Below are positions 30,924-40,654 of a stretch of 64,000 nucleotides of DNA, in pieces. A program made the position numbers and the translations under genes. The number at the start of each line of letters is the position of its first letter. The stretch's first letter is position 1. The notes below the pieces were generated by a model, which searched no databases, was not told where the DNA came from, and saw only the letters and a program-made list of their open reading frames with translations. This DNA comes from Geobacteraceae bacterium (GTDB lineage: Bacteria > Desulfobacterota > Desulfuromonadia > Geobacterales > Geobacteraceae): positions 196 through 64,195 of the forward strand of contig JAYFNT010000030.1 of assembly GCA_034933285.1 (NCBI GenBank), given 5' to 3'.

Positions 30924-32060
30924 TCATTCAATCCTTTTACGGAATTTCATAACGGACAATCCCAGCACTACTACAGCGAACACAGCAAGCAGGGCCACTT
31001 CCCAGGCCATGACGTCCAGCCCGACGTCCTTCAGATAGATGCCCCGCAAGATGGACACGAAATAGCGGGCAGTGACGATGTGAGTGATGACCCGTATCGG
31101 GCCGGGCATGCTGTCAATGGGAAAGATGAAGCCGGAGAGGAGAAAGGCCGGGAGCATAGTGGCAACCAGCGCCAGCTGGCTTGCCACGAGCTGGGATTTG
31201 GTGACGATGCTGATCAGTATTCCCAAAGATAGAGCCCCGACTAGAAAGACCAGGGAAAGCCCGAACAAAAGCGGCAGGCTTCCGCGCAGCGGGATGTCGA
31301 AGATGAATTCTCCCACCAGCACCGACAGGACCAGGTCGAGGATGCCGATCGTGAAATAGGGGATGAGTTTGCCCGTGATCAGTTCCGCTCCGGTGAGCGG
31401 GGTGGAAATGAGTTGCTCCATGGTGCCCGTTTCCCATTCGCGGGCAATGGTCAGAGATGTAAGCAAGGCGGCGATGATCATCATGATGACCGCGATAAGG
31501 CCCGGGAAGATGTAGTTTTTCGAGACCATGTCGGTATTGAACCAGACACGCGGCCTCACATCGAGGCGTGACAGTCGGGGCTCGGCGCCCGATACGCGGC
31601 GCCACTGTTTCACTGCCATTTCCCCGGAGTAGCCGGATACTACGCTTTCAGCGTATCCTTGGGCGAAAGTGGCCGTATTGGGGTCGCTTCCGTCCAGGAT
31701 CACCTGCACGGATGTTTTCCGCCCCGCTTCGACGCTTCGGCCGAAATCAGCGGGGATGACGAGGGCGATGAGCGCCTCCCGGGTGTCGATGGCCCGTTCG
31801 ATGGCCCGATAGTTGTCGGTGTAGCCATGCAGAGAGAAATAACGGGACCCGGCGAAGCGGCTTGCCAGTTCGCGGCTGGCATGGGTGCCGCTCTGGTCCC
31901 AGACGATCATGGGGACCCTGTCCACATCAAGAGTCAGGGCATAACCGAAAAGGAACAGCATTAACAAGGGGATGGCGATGCCCATGCCCAGGCTGCGCGG
32001 GTCACGGATGATGTGGAGAAACTCTTTTTTCGCAATTGCCTTTACGCGTCGAGGATTCAT
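30924..32060 (-). CDS. ABC-2 type transporter permease (YbhR/YbhS-like)
   Basis: 378 aa. KEFLHIIRDPRS and the same architecture as 29678-30805. Confidence 0.85.
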   Translation of the reverse strand: MNPRRVKAIAKKEFLHIIRDPRSLGMGIAIPLLMLFLFGYALTLDVDRVPMIVWDQSGTHASRELASRFAGSRYFSLHGYTDNYRAIERAIDTREALIALVIPADFGRSVEAGRKTSVQVILDGSDPNTATFAQGYAESVVSGYSGEMAVKQWRRVSGAEPRLSRLDVRPRVWFNTDMVSKNYIFPGLIAVIMMIIAALLTSLTIAREWETGTMEQLISTPLTGAELITGKLIPYFTIGILDLVLSVLVGEFIFDIPLRGSLPLLFGLSLVFLVGALSLGILISIVTKSQLVASQLALVATMLPAFLLSGFIFPIDSMPGPIRVITHIVTARYFVSILRGIYLKDVGLDVMAWEVALLAVFAVVVLGLSVMKFRKRIE

Positions 32061-32164
32061 TGTCCGCTTTCCCGTGTCCCAGGTGGCAGGCCATTGTTGG
32101 CTGCCCGAAAACGGGCGCCCGCAGGGGGCGCCCCTACATCGCTCTTTCCCTGTCGCTTCCTTTG

Positions 32165-33151
32165 TCAGCCCGCATATTCCTGCTGCCGCTCTTCCATCCG
32201 GTCGCGCTCTTCGATGAGGGAAACGAAGACGTCTTCCAGTGACGGCAGGATCTTTTCCATGCCGCGCAAGCTTACCCTGAGCCGTGTCAGAGTGCGCTCA
32301 ATTGCCGGCATGGCTGCGACAGAGTCGTCAGTGACCACGTGCAGCCCGGCGCCGAACAAAGCCGCATGTTTCACTCCCTGTATTTCTTCAAGGCCGTCAA
32401 TTGCCTCATGAGGCCGTTCACAGAGGACTTCGATGACTTCCTCCTTCATGAAGCGGGTTTTCAATTCATCCGGCGCGCCGCTGGCAATCAGTTCGCCCCG
32501 GTAAATGAGGCCCAGGCGATCGCAGTATTCCGCTTCGTCCATGTAATGGGTTGTTACGAAAACGGTAGTTCCGCTTTCCGCCAAACGGTAGATGAGTGCC
32601 CAGAAATTTCTCCTGCTGATGGGGTCCACGCCCGAGGTCGGTTCGTCGAGGAAAATGACCGGCGGTTCGTGGAGAAGGGCGCAGCCCAGGGCCAGCCTTT
32701 GTTTCCAACCGACGGACAGGATCCCTGTGCGTGATGCCCGGTGCGCCTGGAGCCCTGCCATGGCGATGACCCATTCCTTGCGTTCGAGTTTCTTTTCCGG
32801 AGAAATTTTGTAGATGCCGCTGTAGAAGTCGATGTTCTCTTCCACGGTGAGGTCTTCGTAGAGGGAGAACTTCTGGCTCATGTAGCCGATGACGGCTTTG
32901 ATCTGCTCCGGTTGCCGGACGATATCGAATCCCGCGACAGTCCCGGTGCCCGCCGTCGGCGCCAGAATACCGCACAGCATGCGGATGGTGGTGGATTTGC
33001 CTGCGCCGTTCGGACCCAGGAAACCGAAGATCTCGCCTCTTTTAACATCGAGGCTGACCCGGTTCACGGCTGTGAAATCGCCGAAACGACGGGAAATGTC
33101 CCGGAGGGTTACTGCATAGTCGTTCGTTCCCAAGTCGTGGGTAGTATTCAT
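32165..33151 (-). CDS. ABC transporter ATP-binding protein
   Basis: Walker A GPNGAGKST, signature LSVGWKQRL, Walker B IFLDEPTSGVD. Confidence 0.9.
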   Translation of the reverse strand: MNTTHDLGTNDYAVTLRDISRRFGDFTAVNRVSLDVKRGEIFGFLGPNGAGKSTTIRMLCGILAPTAGTGTVAGFDIVRQPEQIKAVIGYMSQKFSLYEDLTVEENIDFYSGIYKISPEKKLERKEWVIAMAGLQAHRASRTGILSVGWKQRLALGCALLHEPPVIFLDEPTSGVDPISRRNFWALIYRLAESGTTVFVTTHYMDEAEYCDRLGLIYRGELIASGAPDELKTRFMKEEVIEVLCERPHEAIDGLEEIQGVKHAALFGAGLHVVTDDSVAAMPAIERTLTRLRVSLRGMEKILPSLEDVFVSLIEERDRMEERQQEYAG

Positions 33152-33161
33152 GGCAATCCGG

Positions 33162-34106
33162 TTATTTCAGTTCTTTTCCTGTTTCGGTTGCACTGTCGCT
33201 CAGCATCGAAACGAACACGTCTTCCAGTGACGGCTCGATGATCCGTCTCCCCAGAACGGAGACCCCTTCCTGTGTGCAGAGGGTTTCAATCTCGCGTCCC
33301 ATGCCGTCCGGATCTGCGGTCACCACATGGATCTTGTCCCCGAACAGCCCCACGGTTGTCTCCGGCAGCCGTTCGCGGAGCAGGCGCGCGGCCCGGCGCG
33401 GTTCTCCGGTCCGGACTTCGATGATCGTGCCGCTCATCAATCCTTTCATGGCTGCCGGCGTGTCGCAGGCGAGAAGCTTTCCCTGGTGGATCAGCCCAAC
33501 CCGGTTGCAGCGGTCAGCCTCGTCCAGGTACGCAGTTGAAACGAAGATCGTCACCCGCTCCTTCAACAGGTGGTACAGGATGCGCCAGAAATCGCGCCGG
33601 GAAACCGGGTCCACGCCGTTGGTCGGCTCATCAAGGAAAAGCACCTTGGGAGTATGGACCAATGCGCAGGCGAGGCCCAGCTTCTGTTTCATGCCGCCGG
33701 ACAGGTTGCCGGCCCGCCTTTTCCTGAATGGGACGAGGTTGCTGAATGCAAGCAGTTCTTCGATCTTCTTCTCACGCCCCCTGCGTGGAAGGCCGAAAAT
33801 ATCTGCGTAGAAATGGATGTTTTCCTGCACGGTGAGATCGGGATAGAGGCCGAAGCGCTGGCTCATGTAGCCGATTTCACTCTTGACGGCCTCTGCATCA
33901 CGTCCGGTGTGCAGACCCATAACCCAAGAGTCCCCTGCTGTCGGCTCCATGATGGCGGACAAGAGGCGCATGGTGGTGGTTTTGCCCGCACCGTCCGAGC
34001 CGACAAGGCCGAACAGCTCCCCCTCGGCCACGGACAGGGTCAGGCCGTCGACCGCGGTCAGGTCGTTGAACTTTTTCGTAAGGTTTTCGGTTCGGATGGC
34101 TTCCAT
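33162..34106 (-). CDS. ABC transporter ATP-binding protein
   Basis: Walker A GSDGAGKTT, signature LSGGMKQKL, Walker B LFLDEPTNGVD. Confidence 0.9.
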   Translation of the reverse strand: MEAIRTENLTKKFNDLTAVDGLTLSVAEGELFGLVGSDGAGKTTTMRLLSAIMEPTAGDSWVMGLHTGRDAEAVKSEIGYMSQRFGLYPDLTVQENIHFYADIFGLPRRGREKKIEELLAFSNLVPFRKRRAGNLSGGMKQKLGLACALVHTPKVLFLDEPTNGVDPVSRRDFWRILYHLLKERVTIFVSTAYLDEADRCNRVGLIHQGKLLACDTPAAMKGLMSGTIIEVRTGEPRRAARLLRERLPETTVGLFGDKIHVVTADPDGMGREIETLCTQEGVSVLGRRIIEPSLEDVFVSMLSDSATETGKELK

Positions 34107-34109
34107 GAA

Positions 34110-34318
34110 TATATGTTATGGGCACAAGGCCAAAGGTGAAAGCAGGCACAAGGCGCTGGGCACTAGGCACAAGGTAATGGGCAAAAAAGTTTTTATACCG
34201 GTTGAAGGCGCAACAATGTAACTCATTGGACGATGTTTTATGAAATTCACCAGTACCGCATCAGGTCGAGAATCCTTGTTTACCCTTGAGCCTTGCGCCC
34301 TGTGCCTTGTGCCTGTTT
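34110..34318. repeat. inverted heptamer arrays (GGCACAA-type) flanking a 100-nt spacer between cistrons
   Basis: The left array is GGCACAA GGCCAAA GGTGAAA .. GGCACAA GGCGCTG GGCACTA GGCACAA GGTAATG GGCAAAA (34110-34175). The right array, in opposite orientation, is CCTTGAG CCTTGCG CCCTGTG CCTTGTG CC (34283-34318) and also encodes the last residues of the HlyD-family protein. Confidence 0.8.
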
Positions 34319-35302
34319 TATATCTATTTCCGCATCTGCCGGCATGCCCGGCTTCAGTTCCCCTGCCTGATTGGGGACGACGATTTTGATCCTGTAGACC
34401 AGTTTCACTCTCTCTTTAGCGGTCTGCACGCTCTTCGGCGTGAATTCCGCCTCGGGTGAGATGAAGGAAATATGCCCCTGATATTTCCTGCCCGGCCAGG
34501 TATCGGTGGTGACGGTTGCCTTTTGGCCGACCTTTACGCGCCCAAGGTCGGTTTCGCTGATATAGGCGCGCAACCAGACTTCGTCGAGCAAACCGACGGT
34601 CACAACCGGTGTCCCTGCTGCCACCTGCTCTCCCGGTTCGATGTTTTTCGAAAGCACCATGCCGGCTGCGGATGATGGCAGGGTGGCGTAGCCCAGCCTG
34701 GTCTCGGCCAGGGCAAGGACCGCTTTGGCGCTTTCAAGGCGCGCGCGGGCCTGGTCGATGGTTTCCTTTCTCGGCCCGCTCCTGAGAAGGTTCAAGCGTT
34801 CCCTGGCTTCGCGAACGCTTGCCTGAGAAGCTTCAAAGGCCGCCTTGGAAGAATCGAAATCCCTGGCCGATATGACTTCCCTCCTGTATAGCTGCTGCTG
34901 ACGGCCGAAATCCGTACGAAGGCGGTCCTCCTCAGCTTTGATCCTGCGCAGGGCAGCCTCGGCCTGGGCTATTTCCTCCTTGCGATAGCCCGTTTCCAGT
35001 TCGACAAGAGCTGCTTTGGCAGCCAGGACCTCGGCCCGGCGGCTTTCCGCTTCGTGGAGCAGGTCTTCGGGATCCAACCGCGCGACCAACTGCCCCTGTC
35101 TGACCAGGGCGCCCTCATCCACGAGGCGTTCTTTCACCCTTCCGGGGACCTTGAAGCTCAGCTCGACGGTGGTGACTTCGATATTGCCCGAGACGCGGAT
35201 TTTCCTGCCGTCGTCTTTGCGAAAGTTATGGAAGATGAACCATAGTGCGATCGATAAAATGGAAACAATGAGCAGTATGAGAAGCAGCAATCTTTTATTC
35301 AT
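34280..35302 (-). CDS. HlyD-family periplasmic adaptor (YbhG-like)
   Basis: 340 aa. N-terminal TM anchor, a coiled-coil hairpin rich in A/E/R, and a barrel-sandwich lipoyl-like motif (G.V....V.EG..V..GQ.LA.LD). Confidence 0.85.
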   Translation of the reverse strand: MNKRLLLLILLIVSILSIALWFIFHNFRKDDGRKIRVSGNIEVTTVELSFKVPGRVKERLVDEGALVRQGQLVARLDPEDLLHEAESRRAEVLAAKAALVELETGYRKEEIAQAEAALRRIKAEEDRLRTDFGRQQQLYRREVISARDFDSSKAAFEASQASVREARERLNLLRSGPRKETIDQARARLESAKAVLALAETRLGYATLPSSAAGMVLSKNIEPGEQVAAGTPVVTVGLLDEVWLRAYISETDLGRVKVGQKATVTTDTWPGRKYQGHISFISPEAEFTPKSVQTAKERVKLVYRIKIVVPNQAGELKPGMPADAEIDIKQAQGTGRKAQG

Positions 35303-35500
35303 GGAAATCTCCCGACGGTCGGCTGCGTCTGTTCCCGAGCCTGAATTTACAGTGTATCATATCTAGCGCAAATGCAGGTTTGTGTGAAGACGGTTTCTTG
35401 CCCGGCCGGACGGAATTACTATCCGCTTGATGATATACTTTATCAGCGCACTTATTTCTCATGACATGGAAAATGATCACTCGAACGCAGGGAGGGAAAC

Positions 35501-36331
35501 ATGGCATTCTTTTCGAGGTATTTGGCTCTTGCGGCCTGCTTTGCAACAATTTCCGGATGTTTCCAGGTGGAGACCACCGTTCGGGTAAATCCGGACGGCA
35601 GTGGCACGATTGAGGAAAGGATGCTTCTCAGCAGGAAGGTCATCAGCCAGTTCGACGAAATGGCCAGGTCCTTTGCCGGCCCCGACGAGAAACCGAAACC
35701 TTTCACCCTGCACGAAGAGGAAAAGCTGCGCAAGCAGGCGGCGGATTTTGGGCCGGGAGTGGTTTACGTCAAGAGCCGCGTGATTGAAGATGAAGCATAC
35801 ACCGGATATCGGGCGACCTATTCCTTCGCCGACATCAACAAGGTGCGCTTGAGCAGCCGAGGGAGCGAATCCATGGCGGGCAAGGAGGAGAAACAGGCCG
35901 GAAGCGACGCCGATGCTGTTGCTTTTCGCTTTGATACTGGTCCGGAATCACGTCTGGTCATCTTCATGCCCCGGAACGGGAAGGCGGCACAGGCTTCGGA
36001 CCCGAAGGGCAACGACAGCGAAGAGCCGGCCATGACGCCGGAGCAGAAGCAGGCTTTTGCCGACATGATGAAAGGGATGCATTTTTCCCTTGCCGTTGAG
36101 GTTAAGGGCACGGTGGTGAAGTCCAACGCGACACATCTGGCTGGCAATCGTATTACCCTGTTCGATTTCGACCTGGACCGCATGGGCGGAAGCTTCGAAG
36201 ATTTGAGCAAGCTCCGGGCAGGGGGAGGATCGCAGCCGCCGACCTTTGCCGAGGCCAGGGATTTGCTGAAGGATTTGCCCGGCGTAGCGATCGAGTTGCA
36301 TGACCGGGTCGAGGTGCGATTCAGGAAATAG
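35501..36331 (+). CDS. hypothetical lipoprotein
   Basis: 276 aa. Lipobox ATISGC after a hydrophobic signal. No recognisable domain. Confidence 0.6.
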   Translation: MAFFSRYLALAACFATISGCFQVETTVRVNPDGSGTIEERMLLSRKVISQFDEMARSFAGPDEKPKPFTLHEEEKLRKQAADFGPGVVYVKSRVIEDEAYTGYRATYSFADINKVRLSSRGSESMAGKEEKQAGSDADAVAFRFDTGPESRLVIFMPRNGKAAQASDPKGNDSEEPAMTPEQKQAFADMMKGMHFSLAVEVKGTVVKSNATHLAGNRITLFDFDLDRMGGSFEDLSKLRAGGGSQPPTFAEARDLLKDLPGVAIELHDRVEVRFRK

Positions 36332-36410
36332 TTCGTGCGGGAAAAGTTGCCTTGGCAAAATCTAATTTATGCGGTAAATTAATCTGATCTAACTGTATCG
36401 GAGTCCCAAT

Positions 36411-37940
36411 ATGCTTGCCAAGGTGATCAGCAGTTCGCTCATAGGCATCGATGCAATCTGCGTCGATGTCGAGGTGGATATCTCGCAGGGTCTTCCCCAG
36501 TTCGCCACGGTCGGGCTTCCGGACGGTGCGGTCAAGGAATCCAAGGACCGGGTGAAGTCAGCTCTGAAGAACGCCGGCTATGAGTTCCCGAGCCGCAGGA
36601 TCACGGTAAACCTGGCCCCTGCCGACATCAGGAAGGAAGGGGCGGCTTTCGACCTGCCCATATCAGTCGGCATTCTGGCTGCAACCGGCGTCGTGAAAGG
36701 TCGCCTGCTGAAGGATTATCTCCTCCTCGGGGAGTTGAGCCTTGACGGCGGGGTGAAGCCGGTGCACGGGTGCCTGTCGGTGGCCGTGGCGGCACGGAAG
36801 GCGGGGTTTGCCGGAATCGTCGTGCCGCGTGAAAACGCCTGCGAAAGCGCCGTTGTGGAGGGGATCGATGTCATCGGTGTATCCGAACTGGCGGAGGTCG
36901 TGGAGTTCCTCAACGGAGACCGTTCCATCGAACCGTGCACGCTGGACGTCAGGGCGCTTTTCCATGAGACAGCGGAACAGGGTGACGATTTCTCCGAGGT
37001 GAAAGGGCAGGAGCACGCCAAGCGGGCCATAGAAGTTGCCGCCGCAGGTGCTCACAACCTCCTAATGATCGGGCCGCCCGGTTCGGGTAAGACCATGCTG
37101 GCCCGCAGGATCCCGGGCATACTGCCGCGCATGTCCTTCGACGAGGCGATCGAAACCACCAAGGTCTACAGCGTCATGGGCATCCTTGAGCGTGACCGGG
37201 CCCTGATTACCCAGCGGCCTTTCCGTGCGCCCCACCATACAATCTCCGACATAGGGCTGATCGGGGGCGGCAACACACCGCGGCCCGGAGAGGTTTCTCT
37301 TTCTCACAACGGTCTGCTTTTCCTGGACGAACTTCCCGAGTTCAAGAAGCATGTGCTGGAGGTGCTGCGCCAGCCGCTGGAGGACGGCAGGGTCACCATT
37401 TCGCGCGCGCTCATGTCCATCACCTACCCGTCGCGCATCATGCTCGTCACAGCAATGAACCCCTGCAAGTGCGGCCAGAGCGGTGAAAATCCGAACAATT
37501 GCACCTGTACACCCCGTGAAATCCATCAATACCGGTCGCGGATCTCCGGGCCTCTTCTCGACCGTATCGACATCCATATCGAGGTTCCGGCGGTCAAATA
37601 CCGTGACCTGGCCGACCGGGCGGAAGGGGAATCTTCCGCGACTATCGCAAAAAGGGTGGAAAGAGCCCGGGAGGTCCAGCTGGAGCGGTTCCGCGGCACC
37701 AGGGTCCACTCCAATTCCCAGATGGCCTCCCGCCAGATACGCAGGTTCTGCGAGCCCGACGCTGCCGGCCATCGCCTGCTGGAGCTGGTGACCGAACGGC
37801 TCGGTTTCTCTGCCAGAGCCTATACCCGCATCCTCAAGGTGGCCCGCACCATCGCCGACCTGGAGGGAAGCGAAAATGTGCGCGAACAGCACCTGGCCGA
37901 GGCCATCCAGTACCGGAGCCTGGACAGGAAGACGTTTTGA
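36411..37940 (+). CDS. yifB: YifB/ComM-family Mg-chelatase-like AAA+ ATPase
   Basis: 509 aa. Lon-protease-like N-domain, Walker A GPPGSGKTM, Walker B LFLDELPEF and a C-terminal ChlI-like domain. Confidence 0.9.
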   Translation: MLAKVISSSLIGIDAICVDVEVDISQGLPQFATVGLPDGAVKESKDRVKSALKNAGYEFPSRRITVNLAPADIRKEGAAFDLPISVGILAATGVVKGRLLKDYLLLGELSLDGGVKPVHGCLSVAVAARKAGFAGIVVPRENACESAVVEGIDVIGVSELAEVVEFLNGDRSIEPCTLDVRALFHETAEQGDDFSEVKGQEHAKRAIEVAAAGAHNLLMIGPPGSGKTMLARRIPGILPRMSFDEAIETTKVYSVMGILERDRALITQRPFRAPHHTISDIGLIGGGNTPRPGEVSLSHNGLLFLDELPEFKKHVLEVLRQPLEDGRVTISRALMSITYPSRIMLVTAMNPCKCGQSGENPNNCTCTPREIHQYRSRISGPLLDRIDIHIEVPAVKYRDLADRAEGESSATIAKRVERAREVQLERFRGTRVHSNSQMASRQIRRFCEPDAAGHRLLELVTERLGFSARAYTRILKVARTIADLEGSENVREQHLAEAIQYRSLDRKTF

Positions 37941-38098
37941 AGGAGTTGAATTGTCGTCTTCGCGCCAGGATTTGGTAACCGTTGGAATTGTTGTCAGCTA
38001 CAACTCGAGAAAAGGCTGCCTTTACGGTTTATGCAGTCTAAGCATGTGAGAGGAATTTATTAATTGGAGGCCTGGCTTGCCGCCAATTTGGCCGGAGG

Positions 38099-38674
38099 TT
38101 AGTGGGCTGCTTCCTTGTCGAAAACCTTTCTCATCTCTTTCAACATTACCACGGCTCTGCAACGATCAGGTTCCGTCATGCTTTTCAGAACCGATAAAGC
38201 TTCCCGAATCGCGATGTTTTCTGCCGGGGCACTTCCAGTGCGGGACACCCAGGCATTCATCTTTCCCGTGCCTTGCATAATATATTCTTCATTGGTGCCG
38301 AAGGCCGCGCAAACAGCTTTCACGAATCGAGAATTAATCGGCGCCTTGCCGGAAAGCATGTCCGAAACCCGGCTCTTCGAATAGCTGGTGGCCTTGGAAA
38401 TTTTGGTGCAGACTCCCGGGTATTCCTCAAGGCCCACGCTTTTCAACGCATCCAGGAGCCGCAAAACTTTTACGAAACCATGCGCTTTTTGCTCTTGTTC
38501 GATGTCCAAACCATGGATTCCTGTAGGCAATTTCATGAAGCGTCGGTCCGTTTTCTTCATCAATTCGCAAATTTTTGCCCGATAATTCGTTCTCCGTCCC
38601 ATCTGAGCTCCTGAAGCAATTTGTTGAATTTGTGGGGGAACCATTCCGCAGGCCGGTTTGGATATGGTGAACAA
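38099..38674 (-). CDS. helix-turn-helix (XRE/phage-repressor-like) DNA-binding protein
   Basis: A central HTH-like stretch ISKATSYSKSRVSDMLSGKAPINSRFVKAVCAAFG. The start is uncertain; 38602 is an in-frame alternative. Local GC is slightly lower than the core. Confidence 0.5.
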   Translation of the reverse strand: MFTISKPACGMVPPQIQQIASGAQMGRRTNYRAKICELMKKTDRRFMKLPTGIHGLDIEQEQKAHGFVKVLRLLDALKSVGLEEYPGVCTKISKATSYSKSRVSDMLSGKAPINSRFVKAVCAAFGTNEEYIMQGTGKMNAWVSRTGSAPAENIAIREALSVLKSMTEPDRCRAVVMLKEMRKVFDKEAAH

Positions 38675-38949
38675 TCAAGCCGGGCTGCAATGCCATGAGA
38701 AGTTCTGTAGAGGCGGCGACTTCTCAATTTGTAATTCAGCAACTCGCATGCCAATGTGGGGGAGAATCTGCCGAATGGTGGGGACTGGCACAATAATGCC
38801 GGTTTGTTGTGCATTTGTGTTGCTTGGGGCAGGGGGAATTGTTGCGCATGTGCTCGTTTGTCCTGCCTTCAAGCACATCAGTTGTCGCTTTTCTGCGACA
38901 ACTGTATTGAAGTCCGGAAAGCATTTGCAACCTGTTGCGACTGTATGAA

Positions 38950-39414
38950 TTATTGGGCCTGAGGCGTTATTGCGGGATGCGGGGAAGCCGGTTTGACCAC
39001 ATTGGGCGCTCCCTCGATCCCGGTGTAGAAAACCGCCAGCCTTACCGGCACTTTTCCAAGATTCCTGCCGTTATGCAGGGTATTGACCACTTCGAAAATG
39101 GCATCTCCTTCTTGGTAGGTCGTGGCCCGTCCATTTTCCAGTTCCACAGTGAGAACCCCCGACACGACATAGGCATAGACGGGTATCGGATGGCTGTGCC
39201 AGCCGGTTTCGGCGCCGACCGCGAGGTCAACCGTAACGGCCGTAACCTCTGCCCGGTCAGTGACAGGGTAGGCTATCTTCCGGCCATTGTCGGTTACAAG
39301 GCTTTTCTTCAGCACTGTCGCGGAAACGCCGTTTTTGTAATCAGCGGCAAGGCTGATGGTTAGGGTTAAGCAGAATGCGACCATAGCTGTGGTCAGAGTC
39401 GATATTGTCTTCAT
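38950..39414 (-). CDS. secreted cupin-domain protein
   Basis: 154 aa. Signal peptide ...LTISLA/ADY and cupin motifs G.ETGWHSHP...YVVSG and ...NTLHNG.N. Confidence 0.7.
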   Translation of the reverse strand: MKTISTLTTAMVAFCLTLTISLAADYKNGVSATVLKKSLVTDNGRKIAYPVTDRAEVTAVTVDLAVGAETGWHSHPIPVYAYVVSGVLTVELENGRATTYQEGDAIFEVVNTLHNGRNLGKVPVRLAVFYTGIEGAPNVVKPASPHPAITPQAQ

Positions 39415-39648
39415 CGTGTGTTCCTTTCTTTGCGTTCCCTCAATCTTATTAAATCAGATCCTTCATGGCAAACTGTTTGTTTACGGATTGAAACAGGCAT
39501 CGGCAAGAAGCACTCTTGAGGCCACGTTCGTGGAGGAAGCAGGTTTGGGAATCGGTAGGGGAATCGGTAGTTGCGCATAAGTTCGACTTCCCGTATAGTC
39601 TGCAGGACATATTTTCGATTGAGAATGACATTGAGTAATGACAGGGGA

Positions 39649-40482
39649 ATGGAAATGGTGAACTGGAAACTGATTTTGGGCAGCGCAGTGATCATTGCGG
39701 GGCTGGTGATACCCGTATCGGGGCATACTGCCGGGAACCTGCCTGTGACGTCCGATACCCGCCAGAGCTACGCGGACCTGAAAAATGCCGTCGTATCTGC
39801 CTATGCAGGCAAAAAGCCTGTGGAATGGGGTGAAACGGTGACCGGGGTGAAGACTTCCCTTGCCACGAAGGAGCGGGTGATAGCCCTGACCCTGGATGCC
39901 TGCGGAAGCCCGACGGGCAAGGGCATTGATGCCCGGTTGATCGATTTCCTGGTCAGGGAACAGGTGCCTGCAACGCTGTTCATCAACTCCCGCTGGATCG
40001 ACGCAAATCCGGAACTGTTCCTGAAACTGGCGCGGAACCCGCTGTTCACTATCGCCAATCACGGTCTGCTTCACAAACCGGCGTCGGTCAACGGCAGGTC
40101 GGTTTACGGTATCAGCGGCACGAAGGACCTTGGCGAACTGGTGGACGAGATCGAGTTGAATGCGGAAAAGATCCGCAGGCTTACCGGCAAACGGCCCGTG
40201 TTCTATCGCTCGGGCACCGCCTATTATGATGAGATCGCCGTGCAGGTGGCTGAAAAGCTGGGCCACAAGGTCATCGGCTTTTCCGTGCTTGGTGACGCAG
40301 GCGCAACCTTTACCAGGGAGCAGGTAACCGCTGCCTTTCTGAAATCCGTTCCAGGGTCCATCGTGATAGCCCATATGAACCACCCGGAAAGCGGGACCGG
40401 AAAGGGGATCATGGCAGCGGTACCCCAGTTGAAAAAGAAAGGCTTTCGTTTCGTCAGCCTGTCAGACTACCCGTTGCGGTAA
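39649..40482 (+). CDS. polysaccharide deacetylase (NodB homology domain) family protein
   Basis: N-terminal TM/signal, then ALTLDACG (TFDD-like motif 1), ATLFINSRW, ANHGLLH (H-x-x-x-H type motif 2) and FYRSGTAYYD. Confidence 0.8.
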   Translation: MEMVNWKLILGSAVIIAGLVIPVSGHTAGNLPVTSDTRQSYADLKNAVVSAYAGKKPVEWGETVTGVKTSLATKERVIALTLDACGSPTGKGIDARLIDFLVREQVPATLFINSRWIDANPELFLKLARNPLFTIANHGLLHKPASVNGRSVYGISGTKDLGELVDEIELNAEKIRRLTGKRPVFYRSGTAYYDEIAVQVAEKLGHKVIGFSVLGDAGATFTREQVTAAFLKSVPGSIVIAHMNHPESGTGKGIMAAVPQLKKKGFRFVSLSDYPLR

Positions 40483-40654
40483 TGAGGGCTGTTTCGGGGC
40501 CGCTGGAAATCCCTCCTTCGGCAAGCCCCTGCCGCTCTTCCTCGATCGCTGCCAGCATGAATATATCCACGGTTCCTCCTTGTTTGTCCCTGCCGTTTCA
40601 AAACTTCAATCAAACTCCTTTTCTTTTTTCGGACTGGCCGGCATTCAAGTTTTA

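Noticed and set aside
38785-38800. TGGCACAATAATGCC, considered as a sigma-54 (-24/-12) promoter.
   Set aside because: The GG-to-GC spacing is one nucleotide short of the consensus, and no plus-strand gene lies downstream.
39415-39450. GGGAACGCAAAGAAAGGAA on the minus strand upstream of the secreted cupin gene, considered as another GEMM-like core.
   Set aside because: It is only the RBS-proximal purine-rich region, and no aptamer helices surround it.
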